Assembly (NCBI GenBank): GCA_002791275.1
Contig: PFWT01000009.1
Location: forward strand, 146,548 to 210,547
Direction: 5' to 3'
Source of the DNA: Candidatus Uhrbacteria bacterium CG_4_9_14_3_um_filter_41_35
GTDB taxonomy: Bacteria; Patescibacteriota; Patescibacteriia; UBA9934
Length of the DNA: 64,000 bases
Numbering within the stretch: position 1 is the stretch's first letter; each line of letters begins with the position of its first letter. Made by a program: the position numbers and the translations under genes. Shown here piece by piece: positions 56,488 through 64,000 of the stretch. The notes under the pieces were generated by a model, which saw only the letters and a program-made list of their open reading frames with translations, was not told where the DNA came from and ran no database searches.

Positions 56488-57180
56488 TTATTCGTTTTCT
56501 TTGTGTTTTTCGCGTAAGTCTTGATAAAGATGGTCGAGTGCCTTTGAAGCGTGTTCTTTTCCGCCAAGTCCGAACGCTAATCCACCAGCTAGCGCTAGCA
56601 TTGCAATGAAACCGGTGAACAGTGTCTGAATTAGAGCCTCGGCAATTCCGAGTTGAACGAGCGACGCCATACCACTGAACACGATAATTGCCCACTTACC
56701 AATTCCAGATAAAAAGTTCGCACTCTTCATTTGCGCCACTTCCATTGCCGACCGAATAACGTCCTGGACAAAGTTTCCAAGCAGAAGTCCAACCAGCAAA
56801 ATCACGATCGCGATCAAAACATTTGGAATATAGGTAATTACTTGGCCCAAGAACACCGTGATCTGTGTCCACTGCATCGCGTCCGCTGCCACAATGAGGA
56901 ACATTACAATCACGAACCACTTCACTAGGAAGCCAAGCACTTCGCCAATATCGAGTTTAACTCCAGCTTTGTGAAAAATTTCTTTTACCTCTAAACGTTC
57001 AAGTAAATCATCAATCTTGAACATATGAACCAAGCGTACCACCGCTTTTTTAAGCAAGTTTGAAGCAACTATTCCGACTATAATTACCGCAGTCGCAAAA
57101 GCGAACTTTGGCAAAAAGAGCATAATCGTCGCCCATAAATCCACAAACGCAGTTCGTAAGACCTCTACTGAATCTGGCAT
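56488..57180 (-). CDS. small membrane protein with conserved TM-helix repeats (MscS-like N-terminal TM_helix family)
   Basis: Multiple TM helices and charged loops. Overlapping minus-strand ORFs 56322..56567, 56432..56695 and 56696..56920 and plus-strand ORF 56731..56928 are treated as spurious. Confidence 0.5.
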   Translation of the reverse strand: MPDSVEVLRTAFVDLWATIMLFLPKFAFATAVIIVGIVASNLLKKAVVRLVHMFKIDDLLERLEVKEIFHKAGVKLDIGEVLGFLVKWFVIVMFLIVAADAMQWTQITVFLGQVITYIPNVLIAIVILLVGLLLGNFVQDVIRSAMEVAQMKSANFLSGIGKWAIIVFSGMASLVQLGIAEALIQTLFTGFIAMLALAGGLAFGLGGKEHASKALDHLYQDLREKHKENE

Positions 57181-57214
57181 ATAATTTTCGTTAATAATTA
57201 ATTTTATTAATAAA

Positions 57215-57628
57215 TTACCGACCTAAATTATCTTTTTTTGACACCGTAATCCGTGGACTGCTTTCATAAACCGGCTCAGCAAAAGCTTCATCCGCGTGTT
57301 GATCAAAATTTTTGTTCAGTAAATTTTTAATGGTTACACTATCCTGCTCATCTAGGTTTTTTTGTACACTGTACACCTTCGTGTTGAATGCAAACTTGAT
57401 AGTGTTCACTATTGAAAGGAGCGTACGCAAGGCAGTAGCAGAGCCAGGACCAGTTACCACATATATCCCCTCAAGGCTGGCTGGTAATACATCGAAATCT
57501 TTAAGATAAGCATCTATTTCTTTCAAATAACCCTCTGGCGGAGTCTTCACCACTATTAGACTTTTCTCTGAATCTAGATCAGCTAGCACTAATTGCTCTA
57601 AATCTGAACCATTTAAATAGAGTCTCAT
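57215..57628 (-). CDS. tsaB: tRNA threonylcarbamoyladenosine biosynthesis protein TsaB-like (short form)
   Basis: N-terminal ASKHA half with GIYVVTGPGSATALR (GPGSFTGLR-like). At 137 aa it lacks the C-terminal half. Confidence 0.5.
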   Translation of the reverse strand: MRLYLNGSDLEQLVLADLDSEKSLIVVKTPPEGYLKEIDAYLKDFDVLPASLEGIYVVTGPGSATALRTLLSIVNTIKFAFNTKVYSVQKNLDEQDSVTIKNLLNKNFDQHADEAFAEPVYESSPRITVSKKDNLGR

Positions 57629-58356
57629 ACGGTCTCTATAAGCTTATTAATAAGAACTACTTTTTCAGTTTGCAGTAAGCTGGAGAGGAATCTATCTTTT
57701 ATTTCTTGCCGATAAATAAATTCTTCTTTTGGCATATAGGTGTAGTTGACTTCATGACCTATCTCGACCTCAAAATTTGAAATTGCTTGTTGAAGATCAT
57801 CAATTTTAATCTCGCCCACAATCAGCAAATCAGACGGCACTGTTTTATTGTCTATAAAACGACCGGTAAGAAAAAGAAAATCAATCTTACCTTTCTTTTC
57901 AACCTCAATCACAAAACTCTTATTCATAAGAACTGACGACTTTTTCATTATACTTCGTAGTTCTTCAAAGAAACTAAAAACAGCATTTGCTCGATAGTAT
58001 TTTTTCTTTGTGTTTGTTTTTCCCTTTACTTTAGTATCTTCTTCAGATTCATCATTTTCGTCATCATCTTCATTTTCCAAAATTTTACCCTCGACTTCTA
58101 AAATAATCCCAATATCCACCAAGTTTTTCAGTTCCCGTCTAACCGAATTCAGCTGTGCCTCGATTCTTCTAGTTAGTTCGCGAACGTAGAATGATCGTTC
58201 GGGATTATCTAATAGTAATCTTAATAATCTTACTCTAGTTTTCGAACCAAACAATTGTTCCAAACTAAAATCTGGTGCACCTACGGCATCGTTAGTGTTC
58301 ACTTTCTTTTCACCCTTGACAATACTTTTCATACACTCGATAATTATGGTGTTCAA
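57625..58356 (-). CDS. winged-helix DNA-binding protein with acidic linker and C-terminal domain of unknown function
   Basis: ArsR/MarR-like wHTH (RVRLLRLLLDNPERSFYVRELTRRI). Overlaps tsaB by 4 nt. Confidence 0.5.
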   Translation of the reverse strand: MNTIIIECMKSIVKGEKKVNTNDAVGAPDFSLEQLFGSKTRVRLLRLLLDNPERSFYVRELTRRIEAQLNSVRRELKNLVDIGIILEVEGKILENEDDDENDESEEDTKVKGKTNTKKKYYRANAVFSFFEELRSIMKKSSVLMNKSFVIEVEKKGKIDFLFLTGRFIDNKTVPSDLLIVGEIKIDDLQQAISNFEVEIGHEVNYTYMPKEEFIYRQEIKDRFLSSLLQTEKVVLINKLIETV

Positions 58357-58425
58357 TTGAGCTTGTAGGACTCATTCTTTCGTATATACTATATATTAGA
58401 GGTTAAAGACGAAACAGTCAAAGAC

Positions 58426-60582
58426 ATGAATAAGCTATTAATAAAATCCGCTAAGTTAGTTGCGGTTTCAAGCACAAATAATACTATCGTTAGCGCAAAT
58501 TTAATTAAACTACCTCATTCTAGAGGTCATATTTTTAGTTTAGTTAGATTACTTGGTAAGCCAGACGAAAAACGCAAAAAGATTGAAACAATAATAAAGG
58601 ATCATTTAGTTAGACTCGAGCAAACCACCACTGAAGAGGCAAATATACCTCGAAGATTCGAGCAAATACTGTCGGCGATTAACGAAGATATCCACAAACA
58701 CATTCTAGAATCAGCCAAAATTCCACTCACCGATATTCACGCAATCATCGGTGTGGTTCATAAAAATCAGGTCTTCATTTCCGGTATCGGTAATCTTGGA
58801 GCAATCTTTATGCATAAAACCGCTCAAGCTAGATTTGTTATATACGAACTAGATAAGCAGTTTGAACACGACGAAAAGACTTGGGAAAAAATATTTGTTA
58901 CAGTTTTAGACGGTGAACTGCACCCGGGTGATATTTTTTATGTTGCCACAAAATTACCAGCGCGTGAAATAAGCCTGGGTGAACTCCAAGATATCTTAGC
59001 CACCCTTCCCCCGGCTAGTGCGCTAAAAAGAATCCATCAGCACGTCAGTATTGGTACGGCTTTTGGTGGTATTGATTTTGTAGTGCAGGATCAAACAGAA
59101 GTCGGACCGCCAAAAAAGGTTAATCCGATGAATTCTATTGAACAACTTGGAAAAACCAAAAAAGATACCGCAACCCTACTTGGTGATCAAAGCCCCGACT
59201 TCAGCAATATCCTAGATAAAATCACCAAACCACTTATAAAGAATCTTTCAAAACCAGGCACACACGGGACAAAGAATATTTTTGGTCGAGTCATAACCGT
59301 CGCTATTAAAATCATCGTCGCTAGCTATACCTTCGTTAGTAGTCTAATAAAAAAGTTGTTCACCATAATTTTTGACAAACAGAAATATGAATCCAAACAA
59401 ATCTCAAAAATTAACAGCGACATCAAAAAACAAAATAGTCCTCTAAATTTCGTACAAAACAGCTTTAAAAAAGTTGTTCAGCTTTCAACAAGCACAAAAT
59501 TGATTTTAGTTGGTATTCTTGGTGTAAGCATTATTCTAATTGTCGGTATTTCGGTGCTCAATTCCAAAACCAGTATTGCAGATGAACAAAGTGCTTTTAG
59601 TACCATTATTGCCAGGGTTGAAGAAAAGAAAAACTCTGCCGATGCTTCGCTAATTTACGAGGACAAATCCCAGGCCAGATCACTACTTGCAGAAGCCGGG
59701 GCTTTACTCGAAACGCTGAACGCCGATTCAAGTCCGGAAAAATCCGAAATAGAAAGATTACGACAGGAAATTAACGCTGTCTTTTTCAAACTACGTGGGG
59801 TAACTGCACCCCAACTTCAAACCATAGCCGAAAGTTCTGTGCTGTTTTCAAATATCACTGAAGCTGGTGGGGTTATTTTCGGAGTTACCGACAATCAAGA
59901 GCTTTACAAACTAAACGAACTTGAACTTGCTTGGCAAAAAGTGGAGACTACAAACGGCAGTATTGGCAACTTCCTACACTCAACCGGCGAAGGTTCGAAT
60001 GTTTTGTTCGTAGATTCAAACAATCGCCTCGGTAGAATCGACACTTCCGCTAAAACTATAAATCCAATTACCAGCGGCGCTGATCTATTAGCCGGCATTA
60101 AAGCGTTAACTATTTACAACGAAAACCTTTACATTCTAGACACCGATACTGAACAGCTTATCAAGATGCGTCCTCAAGGTACCGGATTTGAAGCGGGCAC
60201 TCCTTGGATAAATTCGAAAGAATCAAGCTTAAAAAACGCCAAAGACGTAGCGATCGATGGTGATATCTATATTTTAACCCCCGACAGAATTGTTAGATTA
60301 AGATCCGGAAAAGAGGTGCCGTTTAAGCTCGATGTTGTAGACCCACCTTTAATATCCGCTACTAATTTCTGGACATCAGTAAATACTCAGAGTATTTACA
60401 TCCTGGATTCAGTAGAAAAACGAGTCTTAGTATTCAATAAAGATGGCCAGTTCTTAGCGCAATACGTGGACGACGCTTTTGGAGAGGCACTCACCGTTAT
60501 CGTTAGAGAAGATAAGCGTAATATTATTGTAGTCACACCAAATAAAGCTCTTACCTTCCCTGCCGTTCACACTTTAAACTAA
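58426..60582 (+). CDS. hypothetical membrane protein (cytoplasmic N-domain, one TM, extracytoplasmic beta-propeller-like repeats)
   Basis: TM helix KLILVGILGVSIILIVGISVL. C-terminal YILDTDTEQLIKM, IYILTPDRIVRL and IYILDSVEKRVLVFNKDGQF resemble NHL/PQQ-type blades. Confidence 0.6.
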   Translation: MNKLLIKSAKLVAVSSTNNTIVSANLIKLPHSRGHIFSLVRLLGKPDEKRKKIETIIKDHLVRLEQTTTEEANIPRRFEQILSAINEDIHKHILESAKIPLTDIHAIIGVVHKNQVFISGIGNLGAIFMHKTAQARFVIYELDKQFEHDEKTWEKIFVTVLDGELHPGDIFYVATKLPAREISLGELQDILATLPPASALKRIHQHVSIGTAFGGIDFVVQDQTEVGPPKKVNPMNSIEQLGKTKKDTATLLGDQSPDFSNILDKITKPLIKNLSKPGTHGTKNIFGRVITVAIKIIVASYTFVSSLIKKLFTIIFDKQKYESKQISKINSDIKKQNSPLNFVQNSFKKVVQLSTSTKLILVGILGVSIILIVGISVLNSKTSIADEQSAFSTIIARVEEKKNSADASLIYEDKSQARSLLAEAGALLETLNADSSPEKSEIERLRQEINAVFFKLRGVTAPQLQTIAESSVLFSNITEAGGVIFGVTDNQELYKLNELELAWQKVETTNGSIGNFLHSTGEGSNVLFVDSNNRLGRIDTSAKTINPITSGADLLAGIKALTIYNENLYILDTDTEQLIKMRPQGTGFEAGTPWINSKESSLKNAKDVAIDGDIYILTPDRIVRLRSGKEVPFKLDVVDPPLISATNFWTSVNTQSIYILDSVEKRVLVFNKDGQFLAQYVDDAFGEALTVIVREDKRNIIVVTPNKALTFPAVHTLN

Positions 60583-60597
60583 GCTTGGAAACAATTA

Positions 60598-60632
60598 CCA
60601 ATAAAAAACGCGCTTATTGGTGCGTTTTTTTT
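60598..60632 (+). terminator. intrinsic terminator
   Basis: ccaataa..ttattgg hairpin followed by tgcg and tttttttt. Confidence 0.5.
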
Positions 60633-60769
60633 GAGACACGACGATTAAAGATCGGACTTCACTTTCGAAAAAGTGTTACCGCTACAAGAAGACAATAGCG
60701 GATTTACACTACATTCCACAATCAAAGGTCGGGTTTATGACACTCTGAACACATTTTGTTGTCAAGATA

Positions 60770-61558
60770 TTAGTCTTTTTCTTTTACTAAAATTACATTC
60801 GGAATCGAGGTCAGACTATTTACAGATCTATCATAACCTGAAGCAATTCCAGACGATGGACCACCATCTAGATTAACCATATTATCCCATTTTTCAAGAT
60901 CTTGTAATAAGTTCATCATTTCAAATAGGCTAACGTCAGATTTTTTAATTACACCTAAATAAATATTTCCAGCTAAATCTGCAGCCATAAATGACCGTCT
61001 AGCCTTGAGTGCACTATCTTCCTTAATGGCACCTTCTCCGTGTTTGAAAATAAATGGATAGGTCTGAGCACCATTTTTAACTTCACTTATATTCAACTGT
61101 TCCAAAGCTGTATCAGTGATTTTAAAATTGGGTTCAAACTCTATAAATGCAGTTTTATCAAAATCAAATTGACGGTCCGAAACCTGCTGACCATCAATTA
61201 TTACTTTACCCGAAGGTAAATAGTCATCGTGAAAATACACCCCGTTCACCACAATATCAGCACCCGTTTTCAGTTGCCAATCAATAACACTCCCCATTTC
61301 TTTATCATGAGCAAACCTGATATCTACACTAGATTGTTTAATCTTATAGATCACTAAAAAATCATCACCAATTTCACTATTGTTTATGATTTCTGAATAC
61401 TCATAATACTCAATATTTGGCGACAACTCAGTCTGCAGTTTAAGTTCAATACCCGTCCTAATTGCCAGTTCAAAATTTGGCCTTGAATCAAATTCAAAAG
61501 TCTGACAACCTACCCCAAGTATAATGAGAAAAGTCGAGTATAAAAAGATCCGTTTCAT
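60770..61558 (-). CDS. lipoprotein, phosphodiester glycosidase (NAGPA/DUF2233)-like
   Basis: ILGVGC lipobox and NLDGGPSSG resembling the NAGPA-family LDGGGSS motif. Confidence 0.45.
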   Translation of the reverse strand: MKRIFLYSTFLIILGVGCQTFEFDSRPNFELAIRTGIELKLQTELSPNIEYYEYSEIINNSEIGDDFLVIYKIKQSSVDIRFAHDKEMGSVIDWQLKTGADIVVNGVYFHDDYLPSGKVIIDGQQVSDRQFDFDKTAFIEFEPNFKITDTALEQLNISEVKNGAQTYPFIFKHGEGAIKEDSALKARRSFMAADLAGNIYLGVIKKSDVSLFEMMNLLQDLEKWDNMVNLDGGPSSGIASGYDRSVNSLTSIPNVILVKEKD

Positions 61559-61635
61559 AAAGCCGTTTCAGTTGTTTTAATTTGAATGTTGGTCACGTTA
61601 TAATAGCTAAGTTTTAACGAATTTACTAGCTTGGA

Positions 61636-61670
61636 TATTAAAAATCCCTGCAAAAGCAGGGATTTCATTT
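61636..61670. terminator. bidirectional intrinsic terminator
   Basis: aaatccctgc-aaaa-gcagggattt 10-bp hairpin followed by a T-rich tract. Confidence 0.6.
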
Positions 61671-63093
61671 ATTGACCAAAATTGCTATTTAAAACATCGC
61701 TAGGGATTGCCTTTAGGTTACTATCAGCGATACCTTTACTTAGAAATCGCATTATATTGTAAGCCGACTCACCATCTTTCATATAAATTCGCCGACAAGT
61801 ATCCGGTTGAATATACCAAGCTTCACCGTGCTGTTCAACCTGTAACAGGATTCTTCCACTCAATCTTCTGGCTAAAGAATTAGTTTTGCAGATACTCGTG
61901 GCTTCTAGCATATCAGCTGGTGTTGCCTCGGCTGGTATTTTCATTAGATCAGCGTCCGCAATTCCAAGCCCAAATTGACGCATCATTTCGTAAGCTGTTG
62001 GTCCATCCTTCATGTAATAGCGTTTATCGAGTTCTGGGTGCAAATACCACGCCTCACCGTGTTGTTCTACCTGGAGTAAAATATTTCCCTGCATTCGGTC
62101 GATTATTTTTTGGTCCTTCAAGTCCGGGTCATAAACACTAGTTTCAGGCTCTAGTTCCAAAACTTTTTCGCCAATCTGCACATTTTCTTCTCCAGTCGCA
62201 ATTATGTTTTGAGACGCTATAACATCATCCACCCCTTCACCAAAATGGTAACAACTATCCTCAAAACATGCGACATTATCTCTAGTGTAGAGAGTATCGT
62301 AGTCTCGTATCATCAGATATTCACCGAACATATCTTCAAATATAGCATTGATATTTGAAATGTAGGTCATGGAATTTAACTCACCAGTAGAAACTACTGT
62401 TGGAATTCCTATTAAATTTCCATTTTCATCAAAAGCGCCACCACCTGAATTTCCAAACTCAGCAATAGCATCTGATTTAATCCAATTACTATATTCAAAA
62501 CCTGAAACTGCACCAGAAGTTGAAGTAATCGTTTCACCAGAATTTGCCGGGTATCCGATCAAAGTAAGTTTATCACCATGAATTAAAGAGTCAGGATTTC
62601 CGTAGGTGGCAAATTCTGGAAATATATAAGGCTCGCCATTTAAATCAAGAGCTGTCATTAAAGAATAATCAAAATAGTCTGTCCGACTAAAGTAGATGTC
62701 GCTTGGTACAAAAACCATATCTATAATAGGTGCTAAATAACTATGTTCTGAAATACCACCCACACAGAAATCATAAAAATACCAGTTTTCAGCATCTCCG
62801 TCATAAGAAATTACATGTCCATTAGTGATCACTAGCCCCTCACCCAGAACTACTCCAGAGCCAGTTGAATAAAAAACGTTCTCCCCATTTTCGACGTTTC
62901 CACAGGAAATATATACGATATTTTTTAGATTTTGGTCGATTGTTGTGCTGGCTTGTAAATCAAAAGCTAATATACCTTGCGGTAAAAACAAGACCCCAAT
63001 CATCAGAGCCAATACTGTACGCCTTATATATTTATAAATATTCATATATATTTTTTTCTGATCATACCTTTTTTTTGGTTCTTGTAAAAGCAT
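61669..63093 (-). CDS. secreted trypsin-like serine protease with two C-terminal repeats of about 50 aa
   Basis: Signal/TM, His in VITNGHV, Ser in GNSGGGAF, then a tandem duplicate ILLQVEQHGEAWY(L/I)(H/Q)P...YMKDG..AY..MR..GIAD..L..IP. Confidence 0.65.
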   Translation of the reverse strand: MLLQEPKKRYDQKKIYMNIYKYIRRTVLALMIGVLFLPQGILAFDLQASTTIDQNLKNIVYISCGNVENGENVFYSTGSGVVLGEGLVITNGHVISYDGDAENWYFYDFCVGGISEHSYLAPIIDMVFVPSDIYFSRTDYFDYSLMTALDLNGEPYIFPEFATYGNPDSLIHGDKLTLIGYPANSGETITSTSGAVSGFEYSNWIKSDAIAEFGNSGGGAFDENGNLIGIPTVVSTGELNSMTYISNINAIFEDMFGEYLMIRDYDTLYTRDNVACFEDSCYHFGEGVDDVIASQNIIATGEENVQIGEKVLELEPETSVYDPDLKDQKIIDRMQGNILLQVEQHGEAWYLHPELDKRYYMKDGPTAYEMMRQFGLGIADADLMKIPAEATPADMLEATSICKTNSLARRLSGRILLQVEQHGEAWYIQPDTCRRIYMKDGESAYNIMRFLSKGIADSNLKAIPSDVLNSNFGQ

Positions 63094-63144
63094 GCATATT
63101 CTATATTAAAAAAACCTGCTATACTTAGCTCATAATCAAATTAT

Positions 63145-63918
63145 ATGCCAAATGATCACAAAAATAACTTAAACTATTTTCTTGCTCTAAGGTCAGTTGC
63201 GATACTGTCCGCAATTGTCCTAGTTGTCACTTTAACCGTTTACGTTGGCAAACTAGCTTCGCAAGTTGGTGAAGCCGATCCAAGCGAACAGTCTATCTCG
63301 GTTGATGGTAGCGCGACGGTAAAAGCAGATCCCGATAAAGCAACTGTTAGCGTTTCAATTGAAACAAAGAATGTAGATACAGCTAAAGCTCAAGACCTGC
63401 ACAGTACTCAAAGCAAGGCCTTGACCGAGGCGATTATGAAGCTCGGAATCGAGAAAAAAGATATTCAAACTTCCTATTACAATATTTTCGAAGATACAAG
63501 GTGGAATCCAGATAATCAGCGCTACGACTCAGTTGGTTGGGTTGTTTCTGAAAGTTGGGATATTGAAATTAGAGACTTAACCTTGGTTGATCAAGTTCTG
63601 CAAGTTGCTGGCCATAGTGGCGCTACCGACGTAAACGGTCCAAATTTCGTAGTTGACGACACTACTGTTGCGACTCAAAAAGCACGAACCGAAGCAATTG
63701 CCGACGCTCGAGCTAAAGCCACAGAGATTGCAACCGCGCTTGGCCTCAAACTCGATGAAATAGTTGGTTACAGCGAATGGGCCGACAACGTACAAACTCC
63801 GTTTTACGCCTATGCCGAACGCGCGATGGATATGAAAGACCCTGCACCTTTACCACAAGTAATGCAAGGACAAGAAGACGTTTCAATAAATGTTACAATT
63901 ACTTTTAGACTAAGATAA
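63145..63918 (+). CDS. SIMPL-domain (DUF541) protein
   Basis: N-terminal TM helix and SIMPL-like GSATVKADPDKATVSVSIET...DISINVTITF architecture. Confidence 0.6.
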   Translation: MPNDHKNNLNYFLALRSVAILSAIVLVVTLTVYVGKLASQVGEADPSEQSISVDGSATVKADPDKATVSVSIETKNVDTAKAQDLHSTQSKALTEAIMKLGIEKKDIQTSYYNIFEDTRWNPDNQRYDSVGWVVSESWDIEIRDLTLVDQVLQVAGHSGATDVNGPNFVVDDTTVATQKARTEAIADARAKATEIATALGLKLDEIVGYSEWADNVQTPFYAYAERAMDMKDPAPLPQVMQGQEDVSINVTITFRLR

Positions 63919-63925
63919 AAAAGAT

Positions 63926-63955
63926 GGCCCGTGATTCGATCACGGGCCTTTTGTT
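63926..63955 (+). terminator. intrinsic terminator
   Basis: ggcccgtgat-tcga-tcacgggcc hairpin followed by ttttgtt. Confidence 0.65.
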
Positions 63956-64000
63956 AACTCTGCGTGCTATCCGTCTCGTTTCGACGGACAGCCTTTGCGC

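Noticed and set aside
56322-56695. ORFs 56322..56567 and 56432..56695 on the minus strand
   Set aside because: They overlap the terminator hairpin and the C-terminus of the 230-aa membrane protein. The sequences are basic and low-complexity and are likely spurious.

Overview
This is a 64-kb chromosomal window from an AT-rich bacterium (about 40% GC by eye). Genes are densely packed, mostly on the minus strand, and separated by hairpin-plus-T-run terminators. Several proteins look streamlined, including UvrC without its HhH tail, a short TsaB and a short MurF, and Shine-Dalgarno sites are frequently weak. Together with a secretin-less type IV pilus locus, this suggests a Candidate Phyla Radiation (CPR, Patescibacteria)-like organism, but that is inference. 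Recognisable content includes glmS, murF and a class B PBP, and a class II adenosylcobalamin-dependent ribonucleotide reductase with tandem NrdR boxes, sitting next to a cob(I)alamin adenosyltransferase. There is a type IV pilus locus (pilB, pilT, pilC, minor pilins, pilM, major pilin) containing a 1547-aa prepilin-fused multi-beta-propeller protein, an mraZ-rsmH-ftsL fragment of the dcw cluster, and uvrC, uvrA and uvrB. A tRNA-Gln(CUG), an archaeal-type NMN adenylyltransferase and a monofunctional riboflavin kinase are also present. The most unusual items are: (i) the giant pilin-like beta-propeller protein; (ii) a roughly 350-nt promoter-to-terminator structured RNA candidate with a 17-bp terminal helix at 40210-40558 (minus strand) that I cannot assign to a known family; (iii) a dispersed two-unit palindromic repeat family in three intergenic clusters; (iv) three tandem paralogous membrane proteins with Cys/His-rich N-tails; (v) an ABC-transporter pseudogene with a large internal deletion; and (vi) small GC-rich islets with consensus promoters. 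Product calls are sequence-motif based and made without database searches.
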